Origin: an uncultured bacterium
GTDB lineage: Bacteria; Desulfobacterota_D; UBA1144; Nemesobacterales; UBA2774
DNA length: 64,000 bases
Direction of reading: 5' to 3'
Assembly: GCA_963825135.1 (NCBI GenBank)
Contig: CAWGRW010000009.1
Location: forward strand, 416,001 to 480,000
Shown here: piece after piece, positions 18,874-26,138 of the stretch
How the letters are laid out: each line of letters opens with the position of its first letter
How positions within the stretch are numbered: the stretch's first letter is position 1
Position numbers and translations under genes: made by a program
Notes under the pieces: generated by a model
Told to the model about the DNA's origin: nothing
Database searches by the model: none
What the model saw: only the letters and a program-made list of their open reading frames with translations

Positions 18874-20142
18874 ATGGAAACGAGATCGATAAGAGGGTTC
18901 CACGACGTACTGCCCGAGGATATCAAGAGATGGCATCACGCGGAAGAGCAGGCGAAGACCCTGTTCGAGCTCTACGGGTTCTCGGAGCTCCGTATGCCGG
19001 CCCTCGAATTCACCGAGCTCTTCGCCAGGAGCCTCGGCACGACTACCGACATAGTGGAAAAGGAAATGTACACGTTTACCGACAGGGACGGCTCGTCGCT
19101 CACGCTCCGCCCCGAGGGCACGGCCGGGGTGGCGAGGGCGTACATAGAGAACTCGATGTGGACCAAATCGCCCGTGACGAAGCTCTACTACACGGGCATG
19201 ATGTTCCGTCACGAAAGGCCTCAAAAAGGACGCTTCAGGGGGTTCTACCAGATAGGGGCGGAGCTTTTGGGGCCGGAGGAGCCCTCGTCCGACGCGGAGC
19301 TCATCGCGATGGTCTGGAAGCTCCTCGAAGGCATAGGGATAACGAAATATCTGAGGCTCGAGCTATCCTCACTCGGAGACAGGAACTGCCGGCCGCAGTA
19401 TAAGGAAATGCTCGTCGCGTTCTTCACGCCGGAGAGGGAGCGTCTGTGCGAGGACTGCAGGAGGAGGCTAGAGACGAACCCGCTCCGCATACTCGACTGC
19501 AAGGTCAGGGGGTGCGGGGAGATAGCCGCGCGCGCCCCGAAGATGATAGACAACCTCTGCGCGGAGTGCAGCCTGCACCTGGGCGAGGTAAGGGAGAGCC
19601 TGGGCGCGGTGGGCGTCCCCTACGTCATCAACCCCGGCATAGTGAGGGGGCTCGACTACTACACCAGGACGGTATTCGAGATAACCACGGAGGAGCTCGG
19701 ATCGCAGAACGCCGTGGCCGCCGGGGGCCGCTACGACGGGCTCGTCGAGGAGTTGGGGGGGCCCCGTACGCCCGCGGTCGGGTTCGCCATGGGGATGGAG
19801 AGGACGATGCTCCTGCACAGGACGGCCTTCCCCGAGGGGTTCGGCAGAGAGGTGAGGGTATTCATCGCGCACATGGGGGAAGAGGCGCGGAAGAAGGCGT
19901 TTCAGCTCGCGTCCGAGCTCAGGCAGAGGGGCGTCCCGACCGAGATGGAATACGGCGGAAAGAGCCTGAAAAGTCAGTTCAAGCGCGCCGACAAGCTGGG
20001 GGCCAAGTTGACATTGATAATAGGCGAGGACGAGATCAAAAGGGGGGTCGTGAAGGTGAGGGATATGGATACGAGCAGTGAATATGAGATGAAGGAAATG
20101 AATCTGGGCTTAGAAATCGCCAAGCGCCTTGGCGGGAAGTAG
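18874..20142 (+). CDS. hisS: Histidine--tRNA ligase
   Basis: RGFHD, DIVEKEMY, LRPEGTA, FRHERPQKGR, RGLDYY, GGRYDGL. Confidence 0.97.
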   Translation: METRSIRGFHDVLPEDIKRWHHAEEQAKTLFELYGFSELRMPALEFTELFARSLGTTTDIVEKEMYTFTDRDGSSLTLRPEGTAGVARAYIENSMWTKSPVTKLYYTGMMFRHERPQKGRFRGFYQIGAELLGPEEPSSDAELIAMVWKLLEGIGITKYLRLELSSLGDRNCRPQYKEMLVAFFTPERERLCEDCRRRLETNPLRILDCKVRGCGEIAARAPKMIDNLCAECSLHLGEVRESLGAVGVPYVINPGIVRGLDYYTRTVFEITTEELGSQNAVAAGGRYDGLVEELGGPRTPAVGFAMGMERTMLLHRTAFPEGFGREVRVFIAHMGEEARKKAFQLASELRQRGVPTEMEYGGKSLKSQFKRADKLGAKLTLIIGEDEIKRGVVKVRDMDTSSEYEMKEMNLGLEIAKRLGGK

Positions 20143-20146
20143 TAGC

Positions 20147-20689
20147 TCACTGCTTCCGGAGCTTCTCCTGCTCCTGCTTCCACTTGAGCGTGTTCACCTC
20201 GACGTAGTCCTTGATGAAGAGGTCCGTAAGCTCCGAGACGTTTGACCCGACGCAGTCCTTTATCGCGGCCGCGCCGCATGAAACGAGCTTCCCTATCGAC
20301 CACGTGGCGGCCGCGGTGTTGATATTCTGCCCGAGCCTTTTCCCCAGAAGCACCACGGTCTGATAGAGGTCCATGTCGATGTACACGGCGTACCTGTCGC
20401 CGCTCACGGCCTTGCTCGCTATTACCTTTACGCGGAGGTACGAGCCCCCGAACACGCTGAACCAATCGCGGCCCTCTATCACCTGGATATTGGCCCTCGT
20501 GAGCTTGTCCTCGACAAGCGCCTTGAGCGCGGCTTCCCTTAGCCCGTCCTCCCTCGCCGCCTGCGGCGCATCGTCCACCACGACGGCGACGCCCGTTATG
20601 TCGGTGAGCGTTTCCTTCCCGACGGCGAAGGCCGCCTCGCCCGCCAGAAGCACGGTCATGAAAAGGACAATGGAGAGCGCAATCCTCAC
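20147..20689 (-). CDS. Hypothetical secreted protein
   Basis: Signal peptide MRIALSIVLFMTVLLAGEAAFA; alpha/beta mature domain. Confidence 0.7.
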   Translation of the reverse strand: MRIALSIVLFMTVLLAGEAAFAVGKETLTDITGVAVVVDDAPQAAREDGLREAALKALVEDKLTRANIQVIEGRDWFSVFGGSYLRVKVIASKAVSGDRYAVYIDMDLYQTVVLLGKRLGQNINTAAATWSIGKLVSCGAAAIKDCVGSNVSELTDLFIKDYVEVNTLKWKQEQEKLRKQ

Positions 20690-20754
20690 GATGTCAATTA
20701 ATATATTCGGTAGCGCGGGGAAAGTAAAAAGTTTCAGCCGGCCCGACGCGGCTC

Positions 20755-23700
20755 TTACGGGGCTGCCGACGAGGCCCTCTGGCCGCTGAATTCGCAGAGG
20801 AGCTCGAGGTTCGCTTTCACGATCTCGTGCTGAGCCGGGTGCGTATTTTTCGTAAACACCTTGAGCGCCTCCTGGTACGCCTCGGACGCCTTATCGCAGT
20901 TCCTGACCCTGTCCTCTTCCTCGGCCAGGGCCGTGTAAGCCCCGCCGATGTTGTTCTGCGTCGTAGCGTACTCCAGCGGGAACCTGCCTATGGTATAGAT
21001 TATGAGCGCGGTCTCGTAGGCGTTTATCGCCCTCCTGCAGTTCTTCGCCCTGTCCTCGACCTCCGATAGCATCCTGTGGACGACGCCCAGGTTATTCTGC
21101 GTCGCCGCGAACTGCATCGGGTAATTCTGAATGGTCCTGACCTTGAGCGCCTCCTCGAAAGCGCTCCGCGCCAGCCTGCAGTTGGCCTCCTTGTCCTCGA
21201 CGTCGGCGAGCGTCATGTACGCGGTGCCGAGGTTGTTCTTCGTCGATCCGTACTGTACGGGGCGCTCTTTTTCGTTATATACCCTGAGCGCCTCCCTGTA
21301 TGAATTCACGGCCCTCTTGCAGTTCTTCCCCTTCTCCTCCCGCTCGGCGAGGGTCCTGTACACGATGCCGAGGTTGTTCTGGGTGGCGGCGTATTCGAGC
21401 GGGTATTCCTTTAAATTATAGACCCCGAGCAGGCGCTCGCAGCACCCGACCGCCTTCCTGCAGTTCCCGGCCGCGTCCTCCCGCTCGGCGAGCCGCCGGT
21501 ATATGGCGCAGAGGGCGCTCAATACGGAGGCGTACTCGGCGGGCATGCGCTCGCGCGTATAGTACCGGAGCGCTTCTTCGTACGACTCGGCGGCGGATTT
21601 CAGGTCTTCCGCGGAGTCCGAGAATCCCGAGAGGCTTTCCCAGGCCGAGGCGGCATTCCTCATGATGAGCCCGTAGTCCTTGGGGGAGGTCTCGAACGTA
21701 ACGACAGAGAGTGCTTTCCTGTAGGCCTCTAAGGCCCTCCCGAAGCATTCGGGGACCCCGTCCCTCTGCGCAATATTGCCCCACGCGATGCCCATGTACT
21801 TATGTATTTCGGCATGATCGGAAGGAGTTATCCCCGCGCCGTACGCGGCGAGCGCTTTCTCAAACGCCTCGACCGCCCGCGTATAATCCTCCGAGCGGTC
21901 ATCCACCTCCGCGAGAACGCCGTATATGAAGCCCATATTCTTTTGAATCCTGCCGTACTCGGCCGGGTGCTCCCCCGCCGCGAAGACCTCAAGCGCCTCC
22001 GTATATTCCGAAAGCGCCTTCCTGTACTCGGCCGCGTCCCCCTTTATATGGGCGAGCGTCCGGCGTATGTCGCCGAGACTTTCCTTTACCGCCGCCCGCT
22101 CTACCGGGGCGGACTCCCCCGCCATTACCCCGAGCGCCTCGCTGTAAGATGCGGCCGCGCGCTCGTAGCCCTTGACGTCCCCCGTCTGCTCCGCGAGCTT
22201 CTCCCACGCTGAGGCGGCCCCTCTCTGCGCTTGAACGAATTCGACGGGGAAATTTTCACTCGTGTAATAGGCGAGCGCTTCCTCGTACGCCCTGAGCGCG
22301 TTCCTCAGAATATTGGCGGCCCCCCTCGCTGACCCGATCTCCCCGTACGCCCTGCCCAGGCGGAGTTTAAGAGAGGCGTACCCGGCCGGGGATTCCTCCC
22401 TCGAAGCGCGCTTCAGGACTTCCTCGTAATGCGCGGCAGCCTCTTCCGGATCGTCGAATTCGACTTCGTCCGCAAGCGTTATTATCTCATCTTCATCCCC
22501 TGACGCGGGACCGGCAGCTTCAGCCCCTTCGTGCTCGTCCTCTTTCACGATCTTGAGGACGGGCCTTTCTTTTTCAGCCTCGCTCTCTACGCCGCCTCCG
22601 GCGCCGTTTCCCCCGGACAGAAATGCACGCGCCTCTTCGAGCCTCTTCGCGGTCTCCTCGCGCTCGGGGGCGAATTCCCCGGCCGTGTTCACGGCCAGTG
22701 CCTCTTCGAAGTCGCGGACGGCGAGCTCCATCTGCCCCCGCTCTCCCGTAATCAGGCAGAGCGCCGCCCGGAGCTTCCCGGTCTCGAGCCTGACCCCCGC
22801 GCACTCGCGCGGATACCCCGCAGGGCTCAGGACGGCGAGCGCCCGCCCGTAGGAGTCAAGCGCCTTGAGCGAGTTCTGAACCGGGTCTTCGGCCCCGCCC
22901 AGGCGGGCGTACGCCGACCCCAGGGACGCGTGTAAAAGGGCGTGCTCGTAAGGGAAATGCGCCTCCGAATAATAGCCGAGCGCTTCCTGATAGTATCCGA
23001 TTTTATTGCTGACGTTTCCCGTCCATTCCTCCGCGAGCTCTTTGAGGAGCCCGCCCAGGAGCCCGCATATCTCTCTCCTCTTTTCGGGCTGCTCCTCCTC
23101 CGTATAGAAGCCGAGCGCTTCCCTGTAGGAATCGACGGCCAGCTCCGCGCTCGCGGCCCTGCCCGATTTCTCCGGCAGACCCCTGTAGAAATCGCCCAGT
23201 CTTACGTGGGCCTCCGCGTACTCCCGCGGGCGGCCGAGCGCGTCATAGAGGCCGAGCGGCCCTCTAAGGGCCTCGGCCGCCCCCTCGTAGTCGCCCGACC
23301 CCTCGAGGGAACGGGCGAGCGACGCGTATAGCCCCGCGAGAGTGAGGGCCCTTTCCTCGCAGCCCCCTTCCCCGCCGGCTGCGGCCGCGTAAATGGAGGC
23401 CGAATACGCGGCTATGGCTCTTTTCAGATCGAGCGCGTCCCCGCCTTCGCGGTAGAGCCTTTCGAAGACCTCCCCGAGCTTCCTCCCGTTGGCCGAGTGC
23501 TCCTTACGCGCGATCTCCTCCGGGTAATAAAGGAGCGCCTCGTCGTAGTATTCTATAGCCCTGTCCGGGTTATTAGATTCGGCTTCGATGTCGCCAAGCG
23601 CCTTGTACACGTTCCCGATCCTGATATTGAGCCCGGCGGTCTCCGCGTCCCCGCCCCGGCCCGTATGCGAGGAGAGAGCTTCCTTATAGGCGGCGAGCGC

Positions 23701-24927
23701 CCGTTCGTATTCGCGCGGGTCCACGCTCTTTTGCGCGAGCGAGACGCACGCGTCGCCGAGGTTGCTGTTGGCGAGCGCGCGGTCTGACGGGGAATATGCG
23801 AACCCCCCCGATGAAAGGCATTGCCTGAGAGACTCCGCGGCATCCCTCGCGTATCCCGTCTCACCGGTCATGAGGCAGAGCGCGTTTAACGCTACGCCCA
23901 GGTTGTTGCCGACCGCCGCGAACTCGTGCGGGTACCTGTCCCTGGTGAAATGGCCGAGGGCGGTCCTGTAAAGATCAGCCGCCCTCAGGAGGCCTTCAGT
24001 GTCATCCCGCGAATCGGAATTTCGGACGAGGAGGTCGGCGAGCTTCTTCGAGGTGACGGCAGCGAGCGCCCCGGGCTTTTCACGTTCCAGTATCGATTCA
24101 TATATGGAGGCGCATCTGCCGGCGTACTCTCCGCTTAAGACGGCGCCGTCCCCGGCGGCGATTAGTCCGGCGTAGAGAGATGCGAGACAGCTGAGGATGC
24201 GGGAAGGGACCGTCCTGCCCGAAACCGCCTCCCATTCCCTGAGCCTCCCGTACAATTTATCGAGATCGGGGAATCCGAAACCCGTCCTCGATGCGAAGTG
24301 CCGGGAGATCCTGAGCGCCGTTTCTCTGAGATCCCCGTCCCCCGCGGATCCGGCGGGCCGGAGGCAGTCCTCCATGTACCTGTCGATTATTCCGGGGAGC
24401 GCTTCGTCGATTTTATTCCTTATCTGCTCCGAGGGGCTTTCACCGCTCCGGGCAACCGCTCCGGAATCCGTTTCCGGGCTCCCGGTCACGCCGGATTGTG
24501 CGAATTTATCCAAATGCGCCTGCGCGCGGCCGCGCCCGGGCTCCCCCGCCCCGTGACCGCTTTCATGTTTCGCCCCCTCAGGGTCTCCGAACGTGATTAC
24601 GAATTTCCCCCGCCCCCTGAGATATCCGAACTGGTACAGCTCGTCGGGCCCGAGCCTGTCGAGTATGAGGACGCCGAGCACGCAGTCCCCCGCGAGCTCT
24701 TCGAAGCGCTCCATGTAATGTCCGTTTAATATATTGAGATCGGAGAGGAGACTGACGCGTATGCCCTTTTGCGGGAGGTAATCCCTGAGGGCGTCCAGGA
24801 TTCGACGGGCGCTTTCCCCGTCCCCTTTTTCCGCATGCAGCACTACGCAGTTGAACTCGCTGTCGTTACCGATGAGCAAGCTCAATTCCCTCGCGCCGCG
24901 TGAGCCGGAAACAGTTCCGCTAGACAT
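20755..24927 (-). CDS. Large TPR-repeat protein with N-terminal TIR/NDT-like domain
   Basis: Many ~46-aa repeats such as YPLEYAATQNNLGIVYRTL and FPLEYATTQNNIGGAY; N-terminal GDCVLGVLILDRLGPDELYQFGYLRGRGKFVITF. Confidence 0.85.
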   Translation of the reverse strand: MSSGTVSGSRGARELSLLIGNDSEFNCVVLHAEKGDGESARRILDALRDYLPQKGIRVSLLSDLNILNGHYMERFEELAGDCVLGVLILDRLGPDELYQFGYLRGRGKFVITFGDPEGAKHESGHGAGEPGRGRAQAHLDKFAQSGVTGSPETDSGAVARSGESPSEQIRNKIDEALPGIIDRYMEDCLRPAGSAGDGDLRETALRISRHFASRTGFGFPDLDKLYGRLREWEAVSGRTVPSRILSCLASLYAGLIAAGDGAVLSGEYAGRCASIYESILEREKPGALAAVTSKKLADLLVRNSDSRDDTEGLLRAADLYRTALGHFTRDRYPHEFAAVGNNLGVALNALCLMTGETGYARDAAESLRQCLSSGGFAYSPSDRALANSNLGDACVSLAQKSVDPREYERALAAYKEALSSHTGRGGDAETAGLNIRIGNVYKALGDIEAESNNPDRAIEYYDEALLYYPEEIARKEHSANGRKLGEVFERLYREGGDALDLKRAIAAYSASIYAAAAGGEGGCEERALTLAGLYASLARSLEGSGDYEGAAEALRGPLGLYDALGRPREYAEAHVRLGDFYRGLPEKSGRAASAELAVDSYREALGFYTEEEQPEKRREICGLLGGLLKELAEEWTGNVSNKIGYYQEALGYYSEAHFPYEHALLHASLGSAYARLGGAEDPVQNSLKALDSYGRALAVLSPAGYPRECAGVRLETGKLRAALCLITGERGQMELAVRDFEEALAVNTAGEFAPEREETAKRLEEARAFLSGGNGAGGGVESEAEKERPVLKIVKEDEHEGAEAAGPASGDEDEIITLADEVEFDDPEEAAAHYEEVLKRASREESPAGYASLKLRLGRAYGEIGSARGAANILRNALRAYEEALAYYTSENFPVEFVQAQRGAASAWEKLAEQTGDVKGYERAAASYSEALGVMAGESAPVERAAVKESLGDIRRTLAHIKGDAAEYRKALSEYTEALEVFAAGEHPAEYGRIQKNMGFIYGVLAEVDDRSEDYTRAVEAFEKALAAYGAGITPSDHAEIHKYMGIAWGNIAQRDGVPECFGRALEAYRKALSVVTFETSPKDYGLIMRNAASAWESLSGFSDSAEDLKSAAESYEEALRYYTRERMPAEYASVLSALCAIYRRLAEREDAAGNCRKAVGCCERLLGVYNLKEYPLEYAATQNNLGIVYRTLAEREEKGKNCKRAVNSYREALRVYNEKERPVQYGSTKNNLGTAYMTLADVEDKEANCRLARSAFEEALKVRTIQNYPMQFAATQNNLGVVHRMLSEVEDRAKNCRRAINAYETALIIYTIGRFPLEYATTQNNIGGAYTALAEEEDRVRNCDKASEAYQEALKVFTKNTHPAQHEIVKANLELLCEFSGQRASSAAP

Positions 24928-25121
24928 ATCCCTTTTTCCTCTAAAGTAAAGAAGCCGCGGAAAAGGCCAGGTCCCGCAATATCCGGAGGGACCCGAAGCC
25001 GTTTTCGGTTACCGTCGGCAAACAATCCGCGGGGGGGGATGCGAAGGACGCGGCGCCGTTAAAGACGCTTCGGGCCGAGAAATGCGCGTACGAAGACGGA
25101 GAGAACCTAAAGGAATGTCCC

Positions 25122-25215
25122 GACTTCGGCGGCCCAGCCGCCATCATGCCCCCGAGAGAGCATTAAGGCCTGTGGCTTTGCGTCCCACCCTTTCGAATGG
25201 TTTGCCTTTTCGGTC
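25122..25215 (-). ncRNA. c-di-GMP-I (GEMM-I) riboswitch
   Basis: Minus strand GACCGAAAAGGCAAACCATTCGAAAGGGTGGGACGCAAAGCCACAGGCCTTAATG...CATGATGGCGGCTGGGCCGCCGAAGTC; matches the GEMM-I consensus including the GAAA tetraloop and GGGACGCAAAG core. Confidence 0.93.
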
Positions 25216-25416
25216 ATGGAAATTAATGACCCCAACTTGTCAAAATTTATATCCGATTCGGTGCGATGTCAATATAATTTCAATAATATTTGCGACTTAG
25301 ACCGGAACAAGCCGTATGACCCGGAGCCGCCGGAATCGCCCCCGCATACGGAAGAAACAAGCGTTTACGGGCGCTTTTACTATAGAAACCGAATTCCCCC
25401 GGCCCGCCCCCGCCGC

Positions 25417-25848
25417 TCAGTCGTATTTTTTGAAGCATTCGCCGCAAAACCTCGTCCCCTCGTAAATTTCGGCCCCGCAGTCGCAGTATCCCGCGACCCT
25501 GGGCTTGGCCAGGGCCGTTACGGTTCCGAGCGCTTTCTTCGCGTTTACATGGACGAGCCTCAGATTCTCCCGCCATGTTTCTATCTCCGTTTCTATCCTG
25601 TCTATATCCGCGCATCTGGCCCCGACGGTCTCCGGGGCGACCTTGCCCGTGTGTTTGAAGGTCCTGTAGACCGAAGCCCCCATATCGAAGAGCGCGTCTT
25701 TTCTCCTCCGCTCCAGAGCCCCGATGGTGTTTTTGATTTTAAGCGTGTCGTATGCCTCCCTCGATCTTATATTTATCACCCTGAGTCCTTTATTTACCCC
25801 GTCTTTGAATATTGTCAGCAAATCCCTTTCTTCTCTCTCGTCAGGCAT
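25417..25848 (-). CDS. Coiled-coil protein with C-terminal zinc ribbon
   Basis: Helical N-part (ALFDMGASVY, CADIDRIETEI) and CDCG...RFCGEC; RBS GGGAGGA. Confidence 0.8.
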   Translation of the reverse strand: MPDEREERDLLTIFKDGVNKGLRVINIRSREAYDTLKIKNTIGALERRRKDALFDMGASVYRTFKHTGKVAPETVGARCADIDRIETEIETWRENLRLVHVNAKKALGTVTALAKPRVAGYCDCGAEIYEGTRFCGECFKKYD

Positions 25849-26138
25849 CGTGTTCACTCCTCCCGGCCGCGCAGAAATCCTTACGGCACGGCCTTGAAAA
25901 ATAATACTCGATTCGATCGAAAGGATAAACCGCTTCTCCGGAGCCGGCCGGAATAATGTTTGACTGCGGGATGAGATAGGATAATATTTTAGGAGTCTTT
26001 CTTCGTTATGGATGTTATAAGGAGTAACAGGGATACCGTCTTTCCATTCGCACAGCCCAGCCGTCCATCATGAAAGCCCGGGCGTAGGGCCGACCCGCCA
26101 GGCAAAATAAACAGGAAAAACCAAGAGAGGGGAGCGTT

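Noticed and set aside
20755..24927. TPR protein as a CHAT/caspase or NLR (NB-ARC) defence protein
   Set aside because: No His-Cys CHAT motifs or Walker A motif found, and no partner defence genes in the neighbourhood.
25122..25215. Riboswitch as the cGAMP-sensing GEMM-Ib variant
   Set aside because: The discriminating position is G (GGCAAAC), not A; c-di-GMP is predicted, though untested.
25216..25956. 246-aa plus-strand ORF
   Set aside because: Antisense to the zinc-ribbon gene, no motifs, atypical composition.
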